Positions 14,671 to 28,900 of a DNA stretch of 64,000 nt are shown piece by piece. Position numbers and translations under genes: made by a program. Source of the stretch: Epiperipatus broadwayi. Lineage: Eukaryota > Animalia > Onychophora. The DNA is taken from the NCBI GenBank assembly GCA_028023455.1, contig JAQFVV010000001.1, forward strand, positions 23,002,001-23,066,000. Reading direction: 5' to 3'. Each line of letters opens with the position of its first letter. Position 1 is the stretch's first letter. A model generated the notes under the pieces. It searched no databases, had not been told where the DNA came from, and saw only the letters and a list, made by a program, of their open reading frames with translations.

Positions 14671-14997
14671 GAGATTACTACTTCTACTCCTGCTTTATTA
14701 TCATTCTTTTTACTGATATTGTGATTATTTATATCACTTTAATGATGATCTATTGGGAACAATTATTTTTTTAGAAATTACAATTTTTTTTATGAATCTA
14801 ACAATTTAAATTTTTTTTTTTTAGTTATTATCATCATCATTCTTAAGTCATATTATAAAAAATTTATTTAATATATCATTGCCTTTCCAGAAAAAAAAAA
14901 AAGAGAACAATTTAAGGTTTAAAAAAAAAGTAAAAATCATGCCATGCTTTTTAGTGTGCAGGATTGTTTTTGCATATGATTTTACATAGGCATTTAG

Positions 14998-15560
14998 CAG
15001 TAAAAAAAAAAAAAAAAAGCTTGTTTAGAGCTATTAGCACACTTTTTATATTACATTTGTAAATACAAGCTTAATAAGTCACATGATATATTACTTGATT
15101 TTGTTAATATTATATTTTGGCTGTTAAGGCTTTGATTATATTAGATTGCTAAGGCTATTAATATATGGTGTATTTGAATTTTAGTTCAGTCCCATATGGC
15201 TATTTGAGTTGGAGATATGGATTTGAAGACATATAGATGTCTGAAAATTTCATATTTTCTACTTAATGGTTAAGTATTAGATAAATGCTGGGCTTGAGTT
15301 TGTATTTTGCGATCTGGTGTTTGGATCTCCTAGCTCCTCACTGACGAGAGCTACTAGCTCGAAACTGATTTGGGGATGGGGATAAGTCTAGTTAGAGATT
15401 TTGAATGCATTCTCTTGCTTCATTTATCAGTAAAAAAAAGCTTTTTTAGAGCTATTAGCATGCTCTTTATATTACATTTGTAAATACAAGCTAAATAAGA
15501 ACTAGTACATTCTTTATATTACAAGTTAAATAAGTCACATGATATATGACTTGATTTTAT
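14998..15560. repeat. ~110-bp direct repeats (14998-15105, 15428-15560) flanking a ~320-bp HHR-bearing insert
   Basis: Both copies read cagtaaaa..agctt.tttagagctattagca..ct.tttatattacatttgtaaatacaagct.aataag..tcacatgatat..acttgatttt. Confidence 0.8.
15335..15376 (+). ncRNA. Minimal type I hammerhead ribozyme motif (helix III degenerate)
   Basis: TCCTCA-CTGACGA-GAGCT(ACT)AGCTC-GAAA-CTGATT-TGGGGA. The core is exact, helix II is 5 bp and helix I is 6 bp (one G-U). Helix III has a C-A mismatch. Confidence 0.7.
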
Positions 15561-18500
15561 TATGATTTTCCTTTATTTTATTACCAATCTCACATACACA
15601 TTTCCACTCAAAAGAAAAGTAAGTTGAGAGAAATTTTAGCAATCTTTCTAAAATATATTATTGTTTTTCCAATAATAAAGTGTTTTGTTTTTCAAATCAT
15701 TGTATTGCTTAGAATGTGCTAAAGAATTATCAACCATTTATTAGAATGATAGCTACATAAACAGCAAAAACTAAAAAAATTAATTAAGTAAATATATTTT
15801 ATTTGATATATAAATTATCATTTTAAATAATATCTTTTTACAAGACAAATGTACAGCAGCAACATATTTCCAATTTATTTCATTGTCATTTAAAAGAAAA
15901 ATGAGCATGGTTTTTATACGGATGTAACAATGTTGGTAATAGGATGGCAGTTTGTATAAATTTTGACAATGCTCATGGTAGTTTTGCAGATACTGATAAT
16001 AATCTTAACAAAATATTGCTTAGGATGGATGTTATAAGCAAATTTGAGATAAAAATCTATATATTTAAACCTAAAGCAAAGTTTATATGTTGAGATGATT
16101 GCTTTTAAATATTTGGGGATTTGATTGTTTTATAATGGAATCCACAAAAATGTTATAGCGATTAAATATGTTTTTTTAATAATAGTAGATGATTTTATAT
16201 TTTATTAAATTTAAAATTAAGAGATTTGGTAAAAGAAGATTTAGACAATTAGAGAAAAGGATGTTCATTTAGAGTAGAATGAGAAAATAAGATAAATTAA
16301 AATTGGAATGTTGAATTATTGGAAGTAGTATGTGAAAAATAGTTATGGAATATGAAGCAAGAAAAGTATATTGGAAATGTCTGTGGAAGATAAAAGAGGA
16401 ATAATAGTTTTAGGAAAGAAAGAAGTTAATAATTTAAAGAAAGGAAGTACTATACTTAAAATTATCTGGAATTTTAAGTTAGTAGATAGAAAGTGTTGGA
16501 GATTGTATAACTAGTATGCTATAGCTGCCTTTTTGTCAGATAACTAATGACAATACATAATATGTAGTTTGCTATATGTTGCAGAAAAAATATTTGTACT
16601 TGTGTAAATATTACTATAATGGTCAAATATCCAATATTTAAATATAGTTATTAATAGTTGTTTATTTCAATCTTGTTTGATATTGATTATTTATTTATTT
16701 GTGTGAATATGAATTTTTATATATAACATATAAACATTACTATAAAATTATTTATTTATTTTGTCTTTGGGAGAAATTCTTGTATTTATCTAATATGATT
16801 TTTTTTGTGATAGTCTACAATTTTTTAAAAATTTTATTTGATTAATAATGTTATGAAGTAAATCTTATTAAACAAGCTTTGTTATTAATGGTATTTCTTT
16901 TTTCTTTTTTTTTTTTTATAAAAAAAAAGAAGTTTTAATTAGTAAATTTGAATTTCAAAAAAAGTACATTTAACAATGTAATGCTTAGTGGAAAGTAATC
17001 ATAATTTATAATAAGGTTTTGTTGACTTTGAATCTAAGATATTTTGATTGAAAGTGGAATACATTAATTTGATCTGCTTTAAAGCAGGCTATTGAGCAAA
17101 CAAATTAAAATATTGCCAATAAATCAAGTTGGCCAAATAACAAATCAATAGTTATTGCATATAACATACTGTCCACAAATGAAAACTATCACATCATTAG
17201 TAACAAATGTAATAGAAGACAGAAATGCTGATTATTATTGGTTTTGTTCAATTGTGATATGATAATATTTTTTTTGCATGTACTCTTATGTTTGTCAAGC
17301 AAAAAAAAAGTTTTAAGATGCATATTGACTTGGAAGTAGAAAGTATAATATTGCCATATCTTGTTGATGCAAGTTTATTTTATTAGATGATGTAGAAGTT
17401 TCAGCCATTTGTTTTGTTTAGGACCAATCAGCTACTGTATGTGTGATGCCAGAAAGAGAGAAAGGCATTAAATATCCAGTTTGTTTAGGTGATTATTATA
17501 GTTTTTGTTGTACTAATAATAATGCTGACTATAAATTATAATACTTTCAGTGTTTTCCATTTCTTGCATTTTCATAAAATCCCTAATCAAACTTTAAAAT
17601 GGAAGGGAATAATTGTAACTTTCTATAAATTTTTTTCAATAAAATTTCTGTCCTTCATTTTTTTTTTTTGTAAAATTTTTCACTGGAAATTTTTTGTATC
17701 CAATTCTCAATAAGTTTCTATAGCATATTCTTTTAAATGCTGACTTTTTTCTCATTAAATGTTTCATCAATACATGTTAAATGGACTGTAAAGTATGGAT
17801 GTATATAATAATATATTCGATTTAATTTTTAAGCTGATATCATCAGTTTTCACATTCTATCCATGATTTGTAGATGTGTTTCTGATTATTTTTAATTTTT
17901 TTAGCTTTCAAGATTATTAGTAGCATTATTTTTTATTTTGCTTAGTTCAGTTTTATGAACATTACTTATTTTTGTAAGATAAGTTTTAGTGTGATTTGCA
18001 GTTTTACTTTCTCATTTAGTGTTTCTAATGTTGATTTCAATATTTCTTCATCTTATACATTGTTAGTTTATTGTATAGTTTGTACATTTTAATTGTTTAC
18101 TGGGTAATTTGTACATTGATATTATTTCATTATTTATCTTAATTTAAACTATTTAATCTCATTCCATACTTTATATGTTTCTTCACTTTTTTTTTAAAAT
18201 GTTATCTATTCTCTTTTCTTATATGTGAAAAATATGCTTATTAACATTGAATTTTTTTGTCTTATGCTTTTACTAATTCATTTCCAATTTCTCAACATTT
18301 TTTCACAGTTGAGAATTATTATAGATATTATCTCGAAGATCATAGGAAAATTTTTTTCCCCCTTTTTTTGCAATGAGATGGAGAAAATGGTATTTAAATC
18401 CAGCCTTTTTATTTGCAGAATGTTTTCTATCTAATTTTTTTATCTTTGATTTAATATATACAAATTCTATGAGTTAATTAAAACTAATTTATCATTAATT

Positions 18501-19274
18501 ATATGTATTATTTTTATTTGTAAATGTATTTAATAAATTATTTGATTTAAAAAAAAAAAAATTGATGCTGCAGAAAAGATAATTTAGTATTTTTTTTTAA
18601 TGGCTACACTGTATATATAAAAAAGTGAAACTGGATTATTTTTTAGAGAATTGTGTAGTTATTTTTCCATTCTTTATTTTTTTGAAAATATCTAACAAAT
18701 CTTAGAATTTTTTTTTTAGTGTTGTCCATGACATAATAAATGTTAATTTAATATTTATTACATGAAAATTATAGTTGATTATACTATTTATTTAAAAAAT
18801 AAGATTGATTAAATTTCAGTTTTATCTGTGTATATATGTAAATGTTATATTTGATTATTAATTGTATTAAAAAAGGTGCACAATTCAAGGCATAATATTT
18901 TACAGCTTTTATATGTTCATATGAATAAATAAGCTGCAGAAAGAAGTTTGATGTTAATTGAAAGGAGACCCTTTGATTCCTCATGGAGACCTTAAAGGAA
19001 TGGAGCAGCTCAAATTCCTAATGTTCACTTCATACGTTCTTGTTGTTGCAGCTTCAATTACTATGAGATTATTCATATAGTATACGAACATGGATGAACT
19101 GCTCACCAACATGCATTAGCCAGCATGGGAATTTATTGGCATTTTACCACTGAGTTTAAGATCAAGAAACACTGTAGTATTTCTTCTTAGTTGCCTAATA
19201 AGGCAGAATGAATATGTGTGTGTGAATGAAAAAAAATTTATAATAGATATATACAATCACAGACAAAAATAAAT

Positions 19275-22153
19275 CATGGCCCTTATTCACCGAAGGTTAT
19301 AAAGTCACCAGCCAAGGCAGTGGTTGGTGGCCAAAGGCGGAGGGTATTAAGAATCCTCTGATTGTGAACCCAGACTGCCATTTGATGACGATTTTTTATT
19401 TAGGTACTTACAACTTCAGATCACTTTCAAGTGAAGGAAGATTGCAAGAATTGGAAGAAGAACTGTATTATATTAAATGAGATATTATTGGACTTTATTA
19501 AATTAGAAAAAAAGGTGAAGAGACAATTAATTTAAAAAGTGGACATGTACTCTACTACAAAGGCACAAATTTTTGAAATACAAGTGGAATAGGATTTATT
19601 ATAAATAAAAAGTGGAAGAACCACATTGTGAAGATTGATGGAGTATTGGACAGAGTGGCAAGATTAGTTATTCAACTTAATAGCAGATACCAAATGCAGA
19701 TAATTTAGGCTTATGGCCCAAAAAGTTTTTATAGTGATGAAGTAGAAGATTTTTATATGGATTTACAAAAGACTTGATCAGTCTAAACACCATTTTAAAA
19801 TTGTTATGTGAGACTTTAATACTAGAATTGGTAAACAAGTGAAAAATGAAAATGCTGTAAGTAAATTTGATTATGGTAATAGAAATGAGAGAGGACATAG
19901 ACTTGTGGAGTTTGCAGAAAAAGAAAAACTTTATATTATGAATTCTTTTTTTTGAGAAAAATGTTAAAAGGAAATGGACATGGAAGCATCCAAATGAAGG
20001 TACAGCAGAATTGATTATATTTTGACTAACAGAAAATACATATTTCAAGATTGTAATGTTCTTAATAAATTCAACATAGGAAGTGATCATCGATTAGTAA
20101 AATGTAAGATATGTATTAATGCAAAACTAAAGAGACCAAAATCATTAAGAAAAACAGTATTTACAGTTGATATTCCTAATCTTCAGAAATATTCTAATGA
20201 ATTTAAATTAGAACTTATAAATTGGTTTCAAGTATTAGTAGATTTTGAACATGATTCAGATTTGAATGAAACTAATAATGAAAATAACTGATACACTTTT
20301 AAAAACTGCAACAAAGATAGCTGGTAGAAAAAAGCAGCAATTGACCACTAAAATTTCTACTGAGACTAGAGAATTCATGAAGAAAAGAATGAACATGAAG
20401 ATATATAAAAATGTTGCATTAAAAAGGATTGTATATCTCGAATTTTGTAAAATGGTGTGAAAAAGAATTGATAATGATATAAAAAAGTATAATTATGAAT
20501 TAGCAAGGAAAGCTGCGGAAGAGAATAAAAGTCTCAAGAATGTAAAACACCATTTTGGTATTGGTAGGACACTTAAATCTGCAATAAGAAAAAAAGATGG
20601 AACTGTTACTAAAAAGAGAGATGACATCATGAAATGGATAGAAAAGTTCTATCAAGAATTACATAGTAATAAAGAACAAGTATCTCTTACATCTATTATA
20701 TCTTCTGAATTGCCCAGAATTTTTTTTGAAGAAGTAAGACATGCAATTAAATTTATGAAGAAAGGAAAAGCTCCAGGTAATGATGGAATTATAATCTATA
20801 TATTTAAAGAAACAGGTGAAGAAATAGAAATTTTTTTGACAAAGTTATATACCAAATGTCAAAATGATAAAGATTAACCAGATGATTGGAAGATTGCAGT
20901 ATTAATATTTAAAAATGATGTTTTAAAGAAGATAGAAATTACAGAGCTATCATTCTTTTATCAATTTTATACAAATTTTTTACCAAGGTAATTACAACTT
21001 ATCTACAGAGAACATTCTTTTATCAATTTTATACAAATTTTTTACCAAGGTAATTACAACTTATCTACAGAGAACATTGGGTTTCAACCAGATAAGAGAA
21101 CAAGCTGGATTTCTGAATGGTTTTAGTACAGTATATCATATCCAAGTATTGAGAGAAATCATAGAAAGGACCAATGAATATGAGTTGCTATTATGCTTTG
21201 GATTTGTAGATTATGAAAAGGCATTTGATTCTATAAGCATTTCTTCAGTGATTAAAAAGCATTGTATCTTCAAGGTACAGACACAGGATATTGTTATATT
21301 CTGAAGAATATTTATAAAAATGCAATAGCAACAATTAGATTACATAATCATACTAGGAAGATGGAGATTATTTAAGTCATTTAGATTTTGCAGATGATGT
21401 AGTTATTTTTGCAAAAAATGCTTTAGAGCTTCAAGAAATGCTGCAAGAGTTATCAGATGAAAATAAGAAAGTACCTCTAAAGGTAAATGTTAAAAAGACT
21501 AAAGTAATGTTCAATGGATTTTCTCAAAAGATGAAAATAAGGATTGATTATGATGAGTTAGAAGAAGTTAACAACTGCAAATACTGTGATCAGATTATTA
21601 CTACAGTTGGAAACATAATGGATGAAATTAATCATAGAATTAAATTTGTTTGGAATGCTTTTTAGTAGAAATAACTTACTACTAAAAGGAAATATGCTTA
21701 TGTGTTTGAAAAGGAAGGTTTTTAATAAATGTATGTTACTAGTTCTTACTTATGGATCGGAGACTTAGACACTTAATAGAAGAACAATGCAGACTTCAGA
21801 CTAGCCAAAGAAGTATTAAGAGATACATGTTAGGAGTATCAAGAAGAGATCGAAAATGCAATATATGGGTAGTGTTACTGACATCATTGAAAGAATTAAA
21901 AGACTGAAGTGGAGTTGGACTGGATATATTGCTAGAAGAGATGATAATATTTGGACAGTTGAAATCTTACTGTATTCCAAGACATTGTAAAACATCCAGA
22001 AAGCAAACACATCTGAGATGGATGGATAAAATAAGAAAGTGCAGAGGTGATGTGGAGAAGAGAGGCTAGAGCTTGGAGAAGATGGATTGAACTTGGAAAG
22101 ACCACCATCCTGCTGTGGATTGATAATGAATAACAGTGTTGATGATGATGATG
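19275..22153 (+). mobile_element. Near full-length (~2.9 kb) inactivated RTE-clade LINE (APE endonuclease + RT)
   Basis: Motifs are GTYNFRSL (~19405), GSDHRLV, GKAPGNDG, EQAGF, FVDYEKAFDS and DGDYLSHLDFADD. It has a (GAT)n tail at 22139-22153 and a possible 7-bp TSD, AATAAAT (19268-19274 / 22154-22160). There are many frameshifts, a 62-bp internal tandem duplication (20951-21074) and loss of the GVRQGD segment. Confidence 0.9.
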
Positions 22154-24901
22154 AATAAATATGTTTTATATATAGTGCTATGATAAATTGGTTTAATTAA
22201 ATTTTTATTTATTAAGAATATATGTATGCACTTGTTCATACCATAAAAAGTGAATATAATATCTTTTATAGTTTCAATTAAGGTGATTGACATTTTTTAC
22301 ACAATTAAAAATTTTCTATTTTATAAATTGGAGTTGATTGGGATGGGGCGGGGGGCTGGTAGCTTAAAATTTTTTTTTCAAAACTACAGAATGTGATTTT
22401 TTATTTTTTGTTTGTTTATTGAATTTGCAATTAGTGAAATATAATAATTAACAAATCTTAGTTTTATATTAAGCTAAATAGAGGACCCATCAAAGTTCTG
22501 TATTATATAATTTTAAGTTTAATTGTTATTTATTATTGTATAACTCAAAATGAAAATAAACTATATGATAAAAATAATTGAATAGATTACCATAAAATTT
22601 TGCATTTGAATTAATAGCAGAAATTAAATTATGAAGTTTTAAAAATTGATATCAAAAAATTATGGTATTCACAGATATATTAAAAGAAAAGTGTAAATAT
22701 TTGGTTTGAGGGAAAAAAATTGTGTGATATAAATTTTTTTATTATAGATTTTTAAAGTATATGAAAGTACATACATATAATTTGCTACTATAGCATCCAA
22801 TAAAGATAAGACACAGTATTTATTTTCTGATTTATATTATTCAAATACATATTTTGAGGCAAATGTAACACAGTAATTATCAAATTCTTCATAAATAGCT
22901 TATTGAGTCTATCTAATCTTGCTTGAGAAGATATTTTTGTATTACAAAAATCCTAGAAGACATCTAAATACTTTTTGTCACAAATTAGAACTAATATATA
23001 AAAGGGATAACAAAAAAAACAACTATATTTATATATTATCCTTAATGCTATAGCCTTCAATCCAGCTTTAAGTTGATGTACTAAATTATCAGTAATGGGC
23101 ATTATTCCAACATTGGACTTAAATTTTAACTTCATTTTCTGAATTTTTTTTAGTAATTTTATAAATTATTTTGTAAATGATTTTAAAGTTTTTATATAAT
23201 TTTGATTATATTACATGCTTTATTTTGTTTGTACATTTAAATTTTATTCTTTTATATTATCCTCTGTAATATAAAATGCCTAAAGTAACTTTTATTGTAC
23301 AATACATTTTTTAAAAATATAAAGAAACATGTAAAATTCTTTGCCATAATTAATCTATAATTACTAAATATAAATAATAAGAATGACTTACATTATTTAA
23401 AATTTGAATCTGATCCTTTAAAATTTTTTTATTAATTATTATTTATTATAATCATCATTTTATTTATAATAGAATTAAATCATGTTTATATTTGATATTT
23501 TAAATATTGAGACACTTTTATTTAATTTTTATGATTGGGGGTTGGGGAGGAATGGCCATGTTCATCTGCAAATGGCAGCTTGCTATTGCTAGTGAGATTG
23601 GAAATATTACAAATTAATATTTTTATTGTTTTCTTTTTTTTTTTCCTATATTATCTCGTTTGAATGAATAAAATTTTACTTAAACTATATATATACTAAT
23701 AATTTCATTAAGTTCGTATTCAAAGCTAATCTGGGATATGCATATGTTTCTAAACTTATTAAGATACAAAGCTAGTATTTGCTCAAAGCTATACTGGTTT
23801 ATAAGTGTAAATACATGACAATATCCCATTCCTCTTCAATACAAAAATCTTCAAAAAATTGCCTTTACAAGGATTCTTGGTGTTGAATTGACATGGATTG
23901 TATTCATGTATTTGTAAATATACGTATGTTACATAGACTTTTATTTCAGAGTTGATATAGTGTTTAAATCTATATCCTGTATAGAAATGTGTCTTGTGAT
24001 AAATTCAATTATTTATTTTATTTATTCTAATCTATAATAAATTTTTCTTGATTATATAAGAAAACAAAATATGCAAAAACTTTTTTTTAATTAAATAAAA
24101 TATTTTGTATAATATTTATTAATAAAATTATTTACAGTTAAATAATCTTTTTTTCATCCAGATGAATTACTGTACCATAACTAGAGTTTGGAGGACTCCA
24201 CCAGAAATATCACAACACATTTTTTCCCAGAAGGTTTAATTAAAATAAAAATCTAAACAATCATTAAAAAACAATGTTGCTAGGGAAGTGCAGAATGTTA
24301 TTTTTATCTATAATGTGACATTAAAATGCATTTAGAGAGATGTTAGTAATTGTTGTAAATTGAAGGTTTGACAGAATTTATCTTCTATCAGGTACTGTTC
24401 TACATAAAGCAGCACTATTGTTCTATTTTAGCACCAATTTCTGGGAGAACATTTTAAATGCACTACTTTGCAAATTACATAAAGGCTTTGATTTTAAGAA
24501 AATTTTGCTACTGATTAAAGCTTAATTTAATTACAAACAAATATTTATCCACCCAAAAAAATTAAAGTTTACAAAAGAGCATTATCATCTGCTTATTAAA
24601 ATGACACTATTTTTACTTTTGAAATTTCATTGTTTTTGCAGCCAAAATAATTATAAATTAAGGAATGCTTTTTCCCCGTTTTGGAAATCTACTCAGTGTG
24701 ATATTTCAATACTTTACATATGAACTCTCTGCATACAAAACTGAGTAATTATGGCTTTTTTAGATAGTTAAAACAATGATTTTTTTTTTCACTTCTCACA
24801 TATTCGAAAAAAAAAAAATTAAGAAAAAGGGGATTTTATTCCTGGAACCTGCTCAAATTTTTGTTGTAAATTATGTTCTTAGCATTGCTAATGGAATAAA
24901 A

Positions 24902-25938
24902 TTATCGTCTTTTAACTAATCTTCTTTTCTTTTCCTCATCTACAGGACATTTGAATTTTCCAGTTCCACATTGTTTGTTTCTACTGTCTCTTGTTTCCAC
25001 CAACAAATCTGGAAGATCATAAGTGACAGCATGTTCTAGTTTATCTAAAGGACATCCTCGAAAAAATGAACACTGAGATTGTAAAGTTCTAAATTTATTC
25101 AATGGATTCACTGCAAAGAATTCTTCATACTCTTGGGGATCTGGAAGATCAAATTTGCTGACATTTGTTTGCATACTTACGGCCTGGTAAATGCGATACT
25201 TATTTGGATTTTGAATAATATCTCGAGCAATTTCTTTTGAATTAGCAAAAAATGAATTATGAGAATTATATGTTGTAAGATATTTATCCACTAGCAATGC
25301 ATGGTTGCGAACACGAATAGCATGTTGTCTCAACATGTTAATTTTATTCATAACTCTGTTGTCAAAAACATCATTGAAATCTTTTAGAAGTGAAACCTCT
25401 TCATCAAGGAAAAGTCGAACCGGAGCATGAGCTTTAAATGGTTTTGACCAGAAAGAACCTACATAGACTCGGGGAGGCTCAAGATTTTCAATTAGTTGAG
25501 AAAGACTCCAATATAGTGCTCCATAAACCCTCATTAATTCCTGTTGAGCAAGTAAATCAGCTTTATTTAATATAATTCGTATTTGTGATTCATGACCTTT
25601 AAGTCTTTTAAAAATTTCATCCAATTCATTTCCAACATCAAGTTTTGTTGGATCAAACATAACAAGTATAAGATCTGAATGATCAATAAACCATTGGCAT
25701 ACATCAGAAAATGGGTATGATTTTTCTTGACCTTCAATTATTCCTGGAGTATCAATAATTGTCATCTTCTTCAGAATTTGACGTTGAAATTGATATCCTT
25801 TGAGTCGATCCAGGAATGTTTGACCAAATTTTTCTAAAGCAGAAAAAGAATTGTCTTGAGTTAAAACAGGGCCATCTACTGCTCTATGTTCTTCGCCATT
25901 TTGAATAATAGTGAAATCAGTAGTTGTTGGTTCAGCTC
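24902..25938 (-). CDS. SRL: Sarcalumenin terminal coding exon (GTPase-like domain C-terminal part)
   Basis: The acceptor AG is at 25940-25939. The exon translates (G)AEPTTTDFTIIQ...FSALEKFGQTFLDRL...IIDTPGIIE...YPFSDVCQWFIDHSDLILVMFDPTKLDVG...IRIILNKAD...LMRVYGALYWSL...PPRVYVGSFWSKP, matching sarcalumenin/EHD motifs. The stop is at 24902-24904. Confidence 0.95.
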
Positions 25939-28900
25939 CTAAAATAAATAAATTGTATTAAAATGAAAAACAAATTTAAGATATATACTGTATTAAAATA
26001 TTACATTTTGATTTACTACAACCAAACTTACCAATTATTTCAGATAAATACATTAATGATTATTAATCAATTATTAAACTAGAGCTTATTCTAATCTAGA
26101 TACAATTTTATTATTGTTGTTGTTATTTTCATTGGTTGTTGTTTATGAACATGCCTTTATCTTATTTGCTTAATTAGATTTAGTTATTTCTAAATATTAT
26201 ATATTTTGTTTTATGGGAATTGAGAATTTATTTATAAGATAGTTTTATGTATGATATATCATTAATTATTACTTAGATGTAGAATATTTATATTATATGT
26301 AGCGTGTACCAAAAGTTACATGATACATGTTTACTATTAGGAGAAATTGTCTGTATATATATATATATGTATGTCTATGAAAACATAGCATGCCAAGAGA
26401 GGCAATATTTATGGATATCAATGTGATTATAAAATATTAAACTCTATTATAGTGAATAATAATCTTCAGATCTGATTTTATTAGGTATTTTGGAAAAATT
26501 GTACATACTGGTTTATCAAACCTTACAATTGTAGGTGTGAAGCTTTAAATAGACCTTGATTCTGTACAAAATAACATAGACAAAAATAGTCAAGAATTAT
26601 TTCATTTATCAAATACTTTTAGTTCATATGTAAATGAATATCTCTTCTTGGAATAGTAAAATTGATTTTATAGAACATTTTCAGTTAGATTATGAAATTG
26701 AATTCATTGTCATGAAAATAAAAATTTCCACAGTCAATTATTGCATGAATAACAGAAAAACTTGATTTTGGATGCTTTTTTTATTAAGCAGATTGAGATT
26801 ATTTTTTCTTATGAAACATAAATTAATTATTCCAAGTTTGTTTTTCACTTTTTAAATTAATTTTAATTTGAAAAAATCTATTATATTGATCTGTAATATT
26901 TTATTAATGAAAATAATCAACATATTTATATAAATGAATGTATTGCTTTATAAACTAGGTATTTTTTTATGGCTGGTTAAATAAAAAATGTATAAACATA
27001 AAGATTTGGAGTTTATGCAAAATGATTTATTTTAGAATGATTTGAATTCTGCATGTATTTTGATGAAAAATAGTTAACAGCTTTATGAAATTTTGAATAT
27101 TTTTTATTTTAATATAGAGCATTAGTTCTAATTTTGATATTCCCTATAGATTTATATGATGTGTTAATTTTTATTGAATTCTGAATTTTTATAGAAAAGC
27201 AACTATTTATATACAGTGTATTTTTAATGTTTATTCATGTCTTTTTTCTTCATTGTATTATTTGTATTCAGGGGATGTGATAGTTTTTATAAAAATAGAT
27301 ATTAATTTTAATTATTATTAATATGTAATGTTATTAATTTGAATTGTCCTTGATTTATTTTTGTTATTGCTTTATAAAAATTGTATATGCATACTTTTCT
27401 CAATTTTATTGCTTATCGTGATTTATTGTTTTTTCAATGATACTTATATTAATTTGAATATAGATTTAGTTTGATAATCTATATGAGCTTACTATACATT
27501 ATTTGATTTATATATGTAAATTGCTATTAGTCTTTATTTTATCAGTTTAGACCAGCATTTGAATTATGAATTGTCTATATTTTAGACAATTTTATGACTG
27601 TTAAAATTATCTAATTCTAAGTATAGATAATTTAGTAGAAAAAATCAATCCCAGAATTTATTTAAAATTATTGACTGAATATAATTTAAATAAAAATAAA
27701 TCAAAAATTTTTAATGGTAAAAAATATTTCTTTAAAATGGAAAATGGTTAATTTTTTAATGAAGAAATCTTTGTCTAACTAAATTTAATTCATAAAACAT
27801 ATTAATAATTTATTGGAATTTCAAAATAATGAAAAATGTATTAGTGATTTTTTTTTTCATATATGCTAATAGAATAGTGTTCCAATTCAAGATTTGTCAT
27901 TTGTTTTACTCTGCCTTAATTCTTTTTTATCTGTGAACATTGCTAATGCTTACTTGTCTTTTATGATTGATTGTTCTTGCTTATTTATTCAATCTTTCCT
28001 TAAGAGCTGTATCCTTTCCATATGTTTGTACTAATATATCAATTTTTAAAAAGAGTGACCTATTACTTTTGATTATTATTGATCAACTCCATTTCTAAAT
28101 TATTGGAAATAGTGGTTAAAAAGAAAATAATATCAATTTTGCTTAAAAATATTACATGATCAAACATTAGTATAATTTTATTTCTGGTAGAAGTGCTTTG
28201 AATGCTTTTTATAATAATGTGCATAATTTAATTTTGTTCCTCATGAAATTTTACTTCAATGACTATGTTCATACAGTTTTCATGAGTTTCTGGCATTACT
28301 AATTGTCTTACAATAATCATAGGGTGCTACAAGGTTCAGTCTTGAGTTCTAGTTTTTAATTTATCAAGGATGTATGACTTTGCAGTTGATATTGTTTGTC
28401 CTGTGTTGCAGTTTTATATAGTTATCTTAAAAAAATAATTAACAGTGATTTACTTTAAATTATATAATCATCTTTTGTTTATTAGTAAATTTGTATAAAA
28501 CAAAAGTAATATATTTTTGTATTATAAACTTATTTTATATCCTTATTTATTAAATATTTTTTGCAATATAATAATATTTGTACTTATGCTAATATTTCCT
28601 ATATTAATAGTTAATGTTATCTAGAAATATTTGTAGATTCTAGATTATATTAGAATCATATTTATTTTTTGTGTTTTTATTGAGATAAATTAAAATATAC
28701 TTTTATTTATCTAAGTTTTTACTTCAATCATTTTTAATTACTACTTATATTTCTTATTATCAAAGCTTATTATATTACAACATCTTTTTTAATAGGACTT
28801 TTATCTTTTGGAATGCCACTTCTTTACAGAATTATATACTATATACAATTTTTAGATTTCTTTTTCCTACTATGATGTACAAGGCTCATGTGATATCTTA

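Noticed and set aside
24835-24840. SRL polyadenylation signal AATAAA
   Set aside because: The hexamer is ubiquitous in DNA this AT-rich and cannot be assigned without 3'-end data.
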